64,000 nt of DNA from Deltaproteobacteria bacterium (lineage in GTDB: Bacteria; Myxococcota_A; UBA9160; SMWR01), in contig JAQBGU010000179.1 in assembly GCA_032128375.1 (NCBI GenBank), positions 1 through 64,000 of the forward strand, in the 5' to 3' direction. This document shows positions 1 to 9,896 of the stretch, one piece after another; positions within the stretch are counted from its first letter, which is position 1; each line of letters starts with the position of its first letter. The position numbers and the translations under genes were made by a program. The notes under the pieces are model-generated. The model saw nothing but the letters and a program-made list of their open reading frames with translations, did no database searches and was not told where the DNA came from.

Positions 1-648
1 CTGCGGAGCCTGCTCGCTGGCCACTTCGCGTGGCGCCTCGGGTCGGTTGCGTTCGGATTCGATGATCCGTGTGTTGACCCAGCCCGGGCAAAGGGCGGAC
101 ACGCCGATTCTGGGAGCGAGCAGCGCGAGTTCAGCGAATAGCGATTCGGAAAGCGCGACGACTCCGTGCTTGCTGACACCGTAGCTCCCGCCGCCGTGCA
201 ACAGGCCGGCGATCGAAGCCGTGTTCACGATGTGGCCATCGTCGCCTTGTTCGAGCAGGATCGGCACAAGACTTCGGATGCCGTGGATCACGCCCATCAG
301 GTTCACGCCTAACACCCAATCCCAATCGCTGAGCGGACGTTCCCAACTCGGCCCGGCGCCTCCGCCCGCAACCCCTGCGTTGTTGCACAGCACGTGCACG
401 GCGCCGAACGCATCGAGTGCCGCCTTCGCAAGGTCGTCGACCGATTCTGGTTTCGAGACGTCGCACTCGATGCCGACGACTTCAGCCCCCTGTGAGCTCA
501 GCTGCTCTGTCGTCGCATCGAGAGCGCTGCGTTCGATGTCGGCCAACACGACCTTCATTCCCTCGGCGATGAAGGCCTCGGCCATGCCGCGTCCGATCCC
601 GCTCGCGCCACCGGTGACGACCGCTACGCGCCCGCTCAATTTCTCCAT
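1..648 (-). CDS. SDR family oxidoreductase (3' end runs off the window)
   Basis: Read by hand, not in the ORF track: MEKLSGRVAVVTGGASGIG, NNAGV, VNTASIAG and YGVSK (YxxxK) motifs. AAGGAG RBS precedes the ATG at 648. Confidence 0.9.
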   Translation of the reverse strand, partial: MEKLSGRVAVVTGGASGIGRGMAEAFIAEGMKVVLADIERSALDATTEQLSSQGAEVVGIECDVSKPESVDDLAKAALDAFGAVHVLCNNAGVAGGGAGPSWERPLSDWDWVLGVNLMGVIHGIRSLVPILLEQGDDGHIVNTASIAGLLHGGGSYGVSKHGVVALSESLFAELALLAPRIGVSALCPGWVNTRIIESERNRPEAPREVASEQAPQ

Positions 649-857
649 GGGGTCTCCTTTTGTCGCGAGGATATCCATCCCGAGTTCGCGGCGCTTCTGA
701 AAGAAATCCGGCGGCAGGTCAGAGAGTCGCCCGATCATCGAGAGAATCGGTCGTGACCGGCGCGGATCAGCCGGCGACGTTCAAGGAGACGGGATCGGAG
801 CGGCCCACCCGGCGGTTCGCCGCGGGCTGGCGGGCCGAGGGTAAGACGTGGGAACAT

Positions 858-2507
858 GTGCCGGATCTCACTTTCTCCGACGAGGTGATCGACTTGGCCG
901 AAACTTCGCCCGACAGCCTGTTCCACCGCGCGAGCCGAGCAGTGCGCACTCTGCACGACGCGGGTCTGCTCAATCCGCGTTTCGTGATTTCCTATGCGCG
1001 CGCCGCCATCGATCACGGACAATCGCTGGCGATGGGGATTGCCGCCGCCACCCGGTTGCGGCCGGGTGGTGTCGCGATCATCGATGACGCCGGCGAACTT
1101 CTCTTCGCCGAACTCGAAGACCGGGTGTTTTCGATTGCGGCAGGACTTCGCCAAGCTGGTGTCGGACCCGGCCACAATGTCGGGATCCTGTGTCGCAACC
1201 ACCGTGGCTTTATCGAGGCGACCGCCGCCGTCAGTGCACTCGGTGGAGACGCATTGTTTCTGAACACGGGATTCGCTGGGCCGCAGCTCGGTGACGTGCT
1301 GGTGCGCGAGAAAGTCAAGACGCTGATTTACGACGAAGAGTTCTCGAGCATCGTCGAAGCACACGCCGACAATTGCCAGGGCTTTGTCGCCTGGCACGAA
1401 TCCGATACGCCCGCTCCAACACTCGATCAATTGGCGCGCGACTACCCGGCCACCGCCCCGGCCAGAGTGAGCAGACCCGGGGCGGTAACGATCCTGACCT
1501 CCGGCACGACCGGGACGCCCAAAGGCGCGGCGCGCGATTCGACCACGGGGGATCCAGAGGGCCAGATCGGCGTGCTCGAGGTCATGCCGGTCCGGGTCGG
1601 TGCGACCACGCTGGTTTGTGCGCCGACGTTTCACGCTTGGGGGCTCACGCACTCGCTGATGGCGACGATGTTCGGGTCCACACTGGTATTGCAGCAACGC
1701 TTCGACCCGCTGCGAGCCCTCGAGGCGATCGAACAGCACCAGGTCGACACGCTCGTTGTCGTTCCGGTGATGATGCAGCGGATGCTTGCGCTGGGCGAAG
1801 AGGTCATTTGCCGGGTCGATGTGTCGAGCCTGCGCGCGACCCTGTCGAGTGGTTCGGCTCTTCCCGGTGAACTGGCGATCGCCTGGATGGATGCATTCGG
1901 TGACAACCTCCACAATTTCTACGGCTCGACCGAAGTTGCACAAGCCACGTGCGCGGGGCCCGCGGATCTCCGAGCCGCGCCCGGCACGGCAGGCCGTCCG
2001 CCGCGTGGAGTGGTGGTCCGGATTCTCGACGACAAGGGGAAGCGGTTGCCTCAGGGCTCGACCGGCAGGATCTTCGTCGGCAATGGTTCCCAGTTCGATG
2101 GGTACACCGGCGGCGGAGGCAAGCAGATCATCGACGGCTTGATGTCGATCGGGGATGTTGGCTACTTCGACGCCGAAGGCCGTCTGTTCGTAGAAGGCCG
2201 CGACGACGACATGATCATCTCGGGCGGCGAGAACGTGTTTCCCCGAGAGGTAGAGGACCTGTTGTCGGATTGCGACTCGATTGCCGAAGCAGCGGTCATC
2301 GGTGTGGATGATGAGCAATTCGGCCAGCGCCTGCGCGCGTTCGTGGTGTTGTCGGATGGGGCGACGCTCGACGAGCAGGCGGTCAAGGAACTCGTGCGAG
2401 GCCAGCTGGCGCGTCACAAGGTCCCCAAGGACGTGATCTTCCTCGAGGAGATCCCGCGAAACGCCACGGGAAAGGTACTCAAGCGGGAGCTGCGCGATTA
2501 CGCCTGA
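858..2507 (+). CDS. Acyl-CoA synthetase / AMP-binding protein (FadD12-like)
   Basis: TSGTTGTPKG, FYGSTE, GDVGYFD, GRDDDMIISGGENVFP and PRNATGKVLK motifs. Start uncertain; GTG at 858 chosen within ORF 660..2507. Confidence 0.9.
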   Translation: MPDLTFSDEVIDLAETSPDSLFHRASRAVRTLHDAGLLNPRFVISYARAAIDHGQSLAMGIAAATRLRPGGVAIIDDAGELLFAELEDRVFSIAAGLRQAGVGPGHNVGILCRNHRGFIEATAAVSALGGDALFLNTGFAGPQLGDVLVREKVKTLIYDEEFSSIVEAHADNCQGFVAWHESDTPAPTLDQLARDYPATAPARVSRPGAVTILTSGTTGTPKGAARDSTTGDPEGQIGVLEVMPVRVGATTLVCAPTFHAWGLTHSLMATMFGSTLVLQQRFDPLRALEAIEQHQVDTLVVVPVMMQRMLALGEEVICRVDVSSLRATLSSGSALPGELAIAWMDAFGDNLHNFYGSTEVAQATCAGPADLRAAPGTAGRPPRGVVVRILDDKGKRLPQGSTGRIFVGNGSQFDGYTGGGGKQIIDGLMSIGDVGYFDAEGRLFVEGRDDDMIISGGENVFPREVEDLLSDCDSIAEAAVIGVDDEQFGQRLRAFVVLSDGATLDEQAVKELVRGQLARHKVPKDVIFLEEIPRNATGKVLKRELRDYA

Positions 2508-2580
2508 ACCGACCCGCAGATCCGGGCGGCTTCCGTCGGAGACGATGTCGAAGCTTCTTGCGACACCGGCAAACGCGCAA

Positions 2581-3330
2581 TCAGGCGGTTGCCTTGCCCC
2601 GAATACGGACCAGGTAGGAGTCAGGCGCGAAGAAGCTCAGCCAGATCGAGACCAGCATCGACGACGAGCAGGCGAGCACGACCACGCGTACGAACGTCAT
2701 GACAGCGACAGACGCCACGACCTTTTCTCCGGGTGCGGCGTTCGCCAGCAGTGTCAGTTTGATCGAGAACGTCACGATCGGAAGGAGGACGAAGCTACCG
2801 GTCCAGATCGACCACAGCAGGAATCGATTCTGTACGACCGGATCGCCCAAGCCGATTCGGGTTTGTCGTCGCATCCGGGTGTAGTAGTTGACGCACTCGA
2901 CAAAGGTCCAGGCGAACGCGGATATCGCCCAAAGATTGGCGAGCATCGAGATCGGGTGGATCTGGTTCGCCATCTCGTCGATGGCGAACAGAACCGGGCC
3001 GGTTGCAGCGAAAACGCAGATCGTCAGTCCGGTCCACAGTTTCGCGACAAGGGACGCTGGACGAAAAACGCGCCAAGTGAACATGGTCAGTGATCCGGCT
3101 GCGCCGGTGAGTCCGACGAGAGCCAGCGCACTCAGGATTCCCAGCCACTGCGCAGAAATATCGGGGCTGCCGGTCAGGTTGAGCCGGAGCGGTACTCCGA
3201 TCGCCAGACCGAAGAAGAACGCTGACAACCAGCCTTCGGGTCCATTCCCGTTGCGCGAGTAGAGTCGCAGCAATCGGGCACCTGGTGTTGCGAACATCGA
3301 GGCGATGAGAACGGCAACCACGAGTTCCAC
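2581..3330 (-). CDS. Hypothetical multi-pass membrane protein
   Basis: About 7 hydrophobic segments. GTG at 3330 preceded by GGAGGGAAG. Confidence 0.65.
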   Translation of the reverse strand: MELVVAVLIASMFATPGARLLRLYSRNGNGPEGWLSAFFFGLAIGVPLRLNLTGSPDISAQWLGILSALALVGLTGAAGSLTMFTWRVFRPASLVAKLWTGLTICVFAATGPVLFAIDEMANQIHPISMLANLWAISAFAWTFVECVNYYTRMRRQTRIGLGDPVVQNRFLLWSIWTGSFVLLPIVTFSIKLTLLANAAPGEKVVASVAVMTFVRVVVLACSSSMLVSIWLSFFAPDSYLVRIRGKATA

Positions 3331-3430
3331 AGACTTCCCTCCGCTTTCTGTAATCGGAAGTCCGGCACGATCCCTGAACCTCTCGTTGACGGGTGGTCCC
3401 AACGGCGCCGGTGAGCGGAACAGAGTCACC

Positions 3431-3507
3431 GAGAGCGGAGAAGAGCCGAATCACAGTCGAAGGACAGTCGAAGGAGAGTCGAAAAAGAGTCGAAAAAGAG
3501 TCGAATG
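3431..3507. repeat. 11-bp tandem array, consensus A(C/G)AGTCGAAnn, 5 good and 2 degenerate copies
   Basis: acagtcgaagg x2, agagtcgaaaa x2 and agagtcgaatg, in the gap between divergent genes. Confidence 0.85.
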
Positions 3508-3570
3508 AAGACAGATGATTGAACCGGCCGTGGCATTATCACCAGGCTGCGGCAAACCGGAGGGCTCTCG

Positions 3571-4764
3571 ATGCCTGCACTAGATGGAATCCGAATCCTG
3601 GATATGACCCAGTACGAGGCGGGGCCGTCCTGTACCCAGGCGCTGGCGTGGCTCGGAGCCGACGTTGTCAAGATAGAACCACCGGGAACCGGCGATCCCG
3701 GCCGGGCGCTCGCGGTGGGCGGAGTCTACTCGCCGTACTTCTGCAACTGGAACGCGAACAAGCGCAGCGTCGCGCTGGATCTTGCGAAGCCAGAAGGGCG
3801 CGACCTGTTGTTGCGCATGCTGCCGCACTACGACGTGTTCATCGAGAACTACGGCCCGGGCGTGGTCGAAAAACTCGCCATCGAATACGAGACGCTCACC
3901 GAAATCCATCCGGCCCTCATCTACGTACAGGTGAAGGGCTTCGGGATTTCCGGTCCGTATGCCGCGTACAAGGCGTATGACATGGTGGCGCAGGCGGCTT
4001 CCGGTGCATTTTCGTCCACCGGCGAAATGGGTGGCATTCCGATGTTGCCCGGTCCGACGATGGGAGATTCGGGGACAGGCGTTCAGGCTGGAATCGCCAT
4101 CCTGGCGGCGTACATCCAGCGTCTGCGAACTGGCAGAGGTCAACACATTGAACTGTCAATGCAGGAAGCCATGACCTACTACATGCGCACGCGCATTGCT
4201 CTCGCCGGAAACTGGGGCGAGCAGGCGGTACCGCGGCTCGGCAACATGATGGGCGGGGCGCCGACCGGGTTGTACCCGTGCGCGGGAGGGGGACCCAACG
4301 ACTACGCGTACCTGATTACGGTGACGCGCCCGCACTGGGACGCGTTGTGTGTTGCGATCGACAGGCTGGACCTCATCGTCGATCCACGCTTCGAGTCGGG
4401 CGAAAAGCGCATGGCCAACGGGCCGGAGCTGGTCGCGGAGATCTCGGACTGGACGCAGCTGCACGACAAGCACGAAGTGATGCGGATACTCGGCGAGGCA
4501 GGCGTGCCCTGCTCGGCCATCCTGGATACGAAAGACATCTACTGCGATCCGCATCTCGAGCAGCGCGACTTCGTGAAGAGGGTCGATCACCCGGAGCGAG
4601 GCACAGTGCCACTACTCGGCTTCGCGCCACGGCTGTCCGACAGCGAGGTCGAAATGACGCGCGCTCCCTACATCGGAGAGCACAACGACGAAGTGCTGCG
4701 CGCAGATCTCGGACTCAGTGACGACGAATTGCTCACACTTCGCGAACCCGCGGTGCTCGGGTAG
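3571..4764 (+). CDS. Class III CoA-transferase (CaiB/BaiF, formyl-CoA transferase-like)
   Basis: LDGIRILDMTQYEAGP, GADVVKIEPP, NANKRSVALDL, ENYGPG and catalytic YDMVAQA. Confidence 0.92.
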   Translation: MPALDGIRILDMTQYEAGPSCTQALAWLGADVVKIEPPGTGDPGRALAVGGVYSPYFCNWNANKRSVALDLAKPEGRDLLLRMLPHYDVFIENYGPGVVEKLAIEYETLTEIHPALIYVQVKGFGISGPYAAYKAYDMVAQAASGAFSSTGEMGGIPMLPGPTMGDSGTGVQAGIAILAAYIQRLRTGRGQHIELSMQEAMTYYMRTRIALAGNWGEQAVPRLGNMMGGAPTGLYPCAGGGPNDYAYLITVTRPHWDALCVAIDRLDLIVDPRFESGEKRMANGPELVAEISDWTQLHDKHEVMRILGEAGVPCSAILDTKDIYCDPHLEQRDFVKRVDHPERGTVPLLGFAPRLSDSEVEMTRAPYIGEHNDEVLRADLGLSDDELLTLREPAVLG

Positions 4765-4828
4765 GCAGCTGATTCACGGGCGGGCGCTCTGACCGAGGGC
4801 GGCCCTGAGCTATCGAAGACGCCCGTCG

Positions 4829-5632
4829 CTATCGGCCCTTGAATTCGGGAGTGCGCTTTTCGAAGAACGCCGTGAGTGCCTCTCGTGTGTCCTGCGTCGA
4901 GCTCGTAACCGTCTGCGCCATGGCTTCCCAATGAAGCATTTCCGAAAGGCTCATCTGGGAGCCGCTGTTCAGCATTCGCTTGGACATCTGGAGTGCCAGC
5001 GGCGGGCCCGCCGCAAGCCGCTTCGCCCAACTGTCGGTGAAGTCGTCTAGCTCTGCATCCGGGACGACGCGGTTCACGATCCCGATGCGCTCCGCCTCTT
5101 TCGCATCGAGAATCTCGCCGAGTAGCACCAGTTCTTTCGCCTTGTGAAGTCCGACAAGCCGCGGCAGATGCCAAGAGCCACCAAGATCGATGGACAGGCC
5201 GCGCCGCGAGAAAATTTCTGAGAAGCGCGCGCTCTCGCCGGCGACGATCAGGTCGCATCCGAGCGCGAGGTTCAGCCCGGCACCCACTGCCACGCCGTTG
5301 ATCTTGGCGATCGTCGGCTTCGGAACCTCGTGCAACGCGAGCCCGGTGAATCCGAAATACTGCATCAGGTCGAGTTGGTGCCGCTTGTCGCGAGACCTCG
5401 ACGCCAGATCCGCCCCGCCGCTGAATGCGCTGCCAGCGCCTGTAAGTACCATCACCCGGTCTTCGGGATTTTGAGCGACCTCTCGAAAGATATCGGTCAA
5501 GCGTTGCCACATCGGAAAATCGATGGCGTTCTTCTTTTCTGGGCGATTCAGCGTCACGGTGACGATTCCGCTCTCGCTACGCTCGACGATTACACTATCG
5601 CGGCTCGATTCAGAGCTTTCGGTACGTGCCAT
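4829..5632 (-). CDS. Enoyl-CoA hydratase/isomerase (crotonase family)
   Basis: LNRPEKKNA, FSGGADL, KPTIAKINGVAVGAG and AFFEKRTPEFKG. Confidence 0.92.
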   Translation of the reverse strand: MARTESSESSRDSVIVERSESGIVTVTLNRPEKKNAIDFPMWQRLTDIFREVAQNPEDRVMVLTGAGSAFSGGADLASRSRDKRHQLDLMQYFGFTGLALHEVPKPTIAKINGVAVGAGLNLALGCDLIVAGESARFSEIFSRRGLSIDLGGSWHLPRLVGLHKAKELVLLGEILDAKEAERIGIVNRVVPDAELDDFTDSWAKRLAAGPPLALQMSKRMLNSGSQMSLSEMLHWEAMAQTVTSSTQDTREALTAFFEKRTPEFKGR

Positions 5633-5720
5633 GACTTCTCCGATGGAATGGCTCGGGTTGCGTTACGGCTGAAGTATCCGCGTAATGCCCGCGGCCGACT
5701 CTTGGCCGATTGGCGGCGCA

Positions 5721-6606
5721 TCATGTTTCGCGCTGTTGGACCTCGAAGATCGTGCGCGCGAGACGGTCCAACTTGACAGGGGCGCGGGTCGTGTCGTGCC
5801 CAGCGGGCCGGCTTGCCGCGGATCAACGTATCGCCGCGCGGGCTGCGGCGCACCCGATCGGTGTACACGAATGCGTCGGCGGCTGAGTAGGTCTGCAGCA
5901 GTAACGGACGCTGGGAGTCGGAGCGATTGGGTGCCGAGCCGTGGATCGTTCGACAGTTGTGGACGGTGACGCTTCCGGCGGGGCCGGTCGGGAATACGGC
6001 GCCCTCGGTGTCGACCCGCTCGAGATCGCGATCGGATAGACAGCCCACCCAGCGGTCCCCGTCGTACTGATCGAACAATTCGCCGACATGGCTGCCCGGA
6101 ACGAACCCGACGTTGCCCATTTCCGCCGTCACGTCGCTCAGGAACACGCCGACGGTCAGCGGCGAATAGTTCGTATGCGGCCAGAACTGGATGTCCTGAT
6201 GCCACTTCACCTCCTCACCACCGCGCGGAGCTTTGAAGTTCAGCTTGCTGTGGTGATACTTGATATCCGGGCCCACCAGGTCCTCGATCAGATCGACGAC
6301 TGGCGAGGTGCTGACGAACTCCCAGTAGGTCCCGTGCAGATCACCGGGAGAAACCAGGCGCCGCAGCCGAGGCTGGCTTGCGGTGTGGTCGGATTCGAGG
6401 TCGAACAGCGCATTCGATTCGGTCAATTCCCGGCTCTGATCCGTTGTGACCGAAAGCAGTCGCTCGATCCACGCGGGCTCGACGAAAGCCCCAATCGAGA
6501 TGAATCCGTACCGTTGGTAGGCATCCCGTTGTTCCGGGGTCAGCACCTTCAGCCGCCCGGGGGGTTCGCAGGTTATCCGGGTTTCGTCGGAAGCTTCGCG
6601 GTACAC
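5721..6606 (-). pseudogene. Phytanoyl-CoA dioxygenase (PhyH) family, probable frameshift near the C-terminus
   Basis: KLNFK, WHQD and HNCRTIHGS 2OG-Fe(II) motifs. The main frame runs on into the next gene (stop 5590), while a family-like tail TIFEVQQRET* sits in another frame ending at 5721. Start uncertain. Confidence 0.7.
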
Positions 6607-6776
6607 CGCGCAATCGTAGCCAAGCTCGCAGCCGGCGAGCGAACCGGCCCCGAGAACAGCGGTTTGGCGTATGAGCCTGCGTCTTGTTATTGCATCCTGA
6701 GTATCTTTCGGATGTCACTCCGATGTCGGCTGTCCATCGCTCGTTTCCCGAAGAGCCGGAGGGGGATCGACCACCT

Positions 6777-7943
6777 TCAACGAAAAACCTTCAGCATCAC
6801 CGATTCCGGCTCCAAACCGAGCAATACCCGGCCACCGTCTTCGATGAGCGAAGGCGCGACCGTCATATGTTGGCGGATCACGCGAACGTCGCGCATGAGT
6901 TTCTCTAGCGGAGAGTCGAGCTGGTTGGCGGTGGTACCGGCCGCTTCAGCGACGGTGTCGACCGCTTCCGCGCAGGCGAGCGCCGCATCGGAGCACGCGA
7001 TCGCGAACAATGCGCGCGACTGGTCGGAAAACTGCCGATTTGCGCGAACGGTGTCCCACAACGTAGCGGCGTTTTCCAGTACGAGCGCCCGCGCAGACCG
7101 CAATCGGACTTCTGCTCGCGCGATCGCGCGCTGGGCGTGCGGTCGCTCGCGCAACTTGATCGCGGTAAAGCGCGGCGTCTTTCCGGTTGCCAGATTCGTA
7201 AATTCATCGAGTGCGGCACGCGCGATGCCAAAACCGACCGCGACCTTGTTGTAGGCCAACCGCGGCCCGAGCGGGATTCGCAGGACTGTCGAATCGGCCA
7301 GCCGCTCGCGGTTCACATTTCCCAGCCCGGTTCCCATGTGCTTGTCGGGCACGAATACGTTGTCGACCACCACATCATGGCTGCCGGAGCCTCGCAACCC
7401 CGAGACGTTCCAGGTCTCGATGATCTCGAACGCGTCGCTCGTTATCGCAGCCTGCACCGGCAACTGACCGGGGACCGGCGCCCCGTTTTCGCAAATGTTC
7501 ACGAGTCCGGTGAAGACTCGACTGTTATGACAGCCGCTGACGAATGACCACTGGCCGCTGACCCGGTACCCGCCGTCAACGCGGTCGGCCCGCCCGACAT
7601 TCGCGGTAGAGCCACACACGATGGTGGTTGGATCGGAAAACAGGTCAGTGTCCTTTGGGTACGCGAGCCCAGCGAGGGAGAATGACTCGATACCGATCAT
7701 CAGATTCCAGCCGGCTGCCCCGTCTCCTTCAGCGACCGTCTCGATTACGCGGATCTGCGTATCGGGTGAGGCCTCCGCGCCATCGATCCACTTCGGGGCC
7801 GCGATCCGGTACAGCCCTTCTTTGGCCATTGCCTCGGCGACTCGGGATGGCAATCTGCGCTCGCGTTCCGCTTCGGCTCCGGCAGCTCGCGCGATTGCTT
7901 GAAGCGAGCGAGCTCTGACGACATAGTCACTCTCGGGTGTCAT
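6777..7943 (-). CDS. Acyl-CoA dehydrogenase-fold flavin monooxygenase (HsaA-like oxygenase component)
   Basis: AERERRLP, YRVSGQWSFVSGC, WNVSGLRGSGSHD and LEKLMRDVRVIRQH. Confidence 0.88.
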   Translation of the reverse strand: MTPESDYVVRARSLQAIARAAGAEAERERRLPSRVAEAMAKEGLYRIAAPKWIDGAEASPDTQIRVIETVAEGDGAAGWNLMIGIESFSLAGLAYPKDTDLFSDPTTIVCGSTANVGRADRVDGGYRVSGQWSFVSGCHNSRVFTGLVNICENGAPVPGQLPVQAAITSDAFEIIETWNVSGLRGSGSHDVVVDNVFVPDKHMGTGLGNVNRERLADSTVLRIPLGPRLAYNKVAVGFGIARAALDEFTNLATGKTPRFTAIKLRERPHAQRAIARAEVRLRSARALVLENAATLWDTVRANRQFSDQSRALFAIACSDAALACAEAVDTVAEAAGTTANQLDSPLEKLMRDVRVIRQHMTVAPSLIEDGGRVLLGLEPESVMLKVFR

Positions 7944-8015
7944 CGCATCTCCAGCTGTGCGAGGGCCTTGAAATGGCTCCCTACCGCACCGACCGTATCG
8001 CGGCTTCTCCCGGTG

Positions 8016-8942
8016 TCAACGCGACTGGCCGAGCCGATCGACCAGTGCGCTTCGGAACGCGGCCTGGATTCGCGTCGGGCGGGCGTCCGCGAGTTCGTTC
8101 AGCCAGATTCCGTCGCGCAACGGCGCGCGCGGTCCGCTGAGCACGACGAGCTCCTTCCGTTTGCGGAACGGCTCGATGAGATCGCTCGGCAGTATCGTCG
8201 CACCAACACCATTGCGCGCGAGTTCCAGCGCGAGGTCCGAACTGGAGCCGGCCCAGACGCGGATCTGGCTCCGATCGATTCGGCGCCGGCGTCCGAAGTG
8301 GTGGGTGACCCACCGGTCGATCAGGGGCTCGATCTGGAAGAAGTCGATGAACGACAGCTGCGAGATCGCGTCGAAATGGAGTCCGCCGCGCGGGCGATCG
8401 CGGCAGGTCAGGACGAGTTGTTGATCGAACAAGTGCGACGAGCGAATCGCGCTCGGAGCCGGTGGACCGCGGAGAGCCAGACCAAAATCCAGCCGGCCTT
8501 CGAGCAATCCGTCCAACAATTCGGCGCGCGAGCCGTACACGATCCGAATCCGCGTATTGGGATATTCGCCGAGAAAATGCTCGAGTACATCGCTGAGTTG
8601 AAGGCGCGAGAACCCGACGAACAGACCAAGTCTGATCCATCCGCGAACTTCCGGATCGCCGACGCGAATTTCGTCGAGAGCATTTGTGATTTGCTGTTCG
8701 ATCTCCGCGTATGCCTTGCGAAAAAGAGCGCCCTCCCGAGTCAATACGAGTTTCTTTCCCACGCGATGAAACAGGATTACATCCAGTGAAGACTCGAGCC
8801 CCGCGAGGCTGTGACTGATTGCCGAGCGGGTCAACGAGAGCTGCTGGGCCGCGGCACTCACGCCGCCGCACTCCACGATCGCGAAAAACGTACGCAACTT
8901 GTTGAGGTCGACAGAGAGAGAATTCAGATCGATCGATTTCAT
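8016..8942 (-). CDS. LysR family transcriptional regulator
   Basis: N-terminal HTH DLNKLRTF..SAAAQQLSLTRSAISHSLAGLE..LFHRVGKKLVLTREG, followed by a substrate-binding domain. Confidence 0.92.
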   Translation of the reverse strand: MKSIDLNSLSVDLNKLRTFFAIVECGGVSAAAQQLSLTRSAISHSLAGLESSLDVILFHRVGKKLVLTREGALFRKAYAEIEQQITNALDEIRVGDPEVRGWIRLGLFVGFSRLQLSDVLEHFLGEYPNTRIRIVYGSRAELLDGLLEGRLDFGLALRGPPAPSAIRSSHLFDQQLVLTCRDRPRGGLHFDAISQLSFIDFFQIEPLIDRWVTHHFGRRRRIDRSQIRVWAGSSSDLALELARNGVGATILPSDLIEPFRKRKELVVLSGPRAPLRDGIWLNELADARPTRIQAAFRSALVDRLGQSR

Positions 8943-9003
8943 TCAACACAAACGGTCAAACGTTTCACTTTACTTGTCAAGGCAGCCAGACGATGTTGGC
9001 GGG

Positions 9004-9813
9004 ATGCGCAGAACCAGCGATCTCGAGGTCTCGCTAGAGATCACACCGCCGGCGTCACCCCGGCCCGCGGTGTTGCGACGTCGTGCCGGCGCTCTCAGAA
9101 GTCTTCCACGGTTTATCAACGTGATACACCGGACCGACCGCTGGTCGAGTCTGGATGCTTCGATCGCACTGCGTCAGTCTGGCCGCGAACCCGTCTGGCA
9201 TGTCGCAAACCGCGGCCGGCGCGCGTGCGAGCTGGAGTCGGAGATCGAGCGTGCCAGGGCGGCCGGGCTCCGCCGCGTGCTGTGTGTCCGTGGCGAGTAT
9301 AAGGCGCGCGATCTTCTCGAAACTCCCACGATTCGGGAGGTTGTAAGGATGCTTCGTCGGGGGCTGCCCGGAGCGCATCTGGCCGTAACGCTGAATCATC
9401 ATCAATCCGGCGATCGCGTGATGCGAAACCTGTTGCCGAAGCTCGATGCCGGTGCCGACGCCGTACAGACGCAGGTGACATTCGAACTCGAGACTCTCCG
9501 CCCGTTCGCGGAGGCCTTGAAGGCCGACAGACAGGATCTCGCAATCACACCGATGTTGATGCCGGTGTTGTCCGTGGAGTCTGGGCGGCGGTTGGCCCAG
9601 CGACTCTCGATTTCGCTCCCGTCCGATCTGCTGGAGGGGCTCGCAACTAGCGGCGCCGAGGCTGGCTGGGAACACTTTGCACGGCTGGTTACGGCGATTG
9701 ATCAGAGTCCACTCTACGACGGGATCGCTGTGATGACCCCAATAGACATGAACGAGGTGTTCGCCATGCGGCTCGGGCGTGCACTTGCCGCAGTGGCGGG
9801 CCCTTCCCGCTAG
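9004..9813 (+). CDS. Methylenetetrahydrofolate reductase-fold protein (divergent MetF-like)
   Basis: SLEITPP, PVWHVANR, LCVRGE and KLDAGADAVQTQVTF match the MetF barrel motifs in degenerate form. Divergent from the LysR gene. Confidence 0.7.
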   Translation: MRRTSDLEVSLEITPPASPRPAVLRRRAGALRSLPRFINVIHRTDRWSSLDASIALRQSGREPVWHVANRGRRACELESEIERARAAGLRRVLCVRGEYKARDLLETPTIREVVRMLRRGLPGAHLAVTLNHHQSGDRVMRNLLPKLDAGADAVQTQVTFELETLRPFAEALKADRQDLAITPMLMPVLSVESGRRLAQRLSISLPSDLLEGLATSGAEAGWEHFARLVTAIDQSPLYDGIAVMTPIDMNEVFAMRLGRALAAVAGPSR

Positions 9814-9896
9814 GCCCTGCTTGCCAACCTTGCTCTTTTTCACCCTCTTCATGAGCCGAAGACGCGACGCAATAACTCACCGATTGGAATGGCCGA

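Noticed and set aside
735..2417. Long antisense ORF (560 aa), and similar ones such as 52447..53736, 28473..29642 and 6088..7254
   Set aside because: Shadow frames of well-supported genes in GC-rich DNA, with no motifs of their own.
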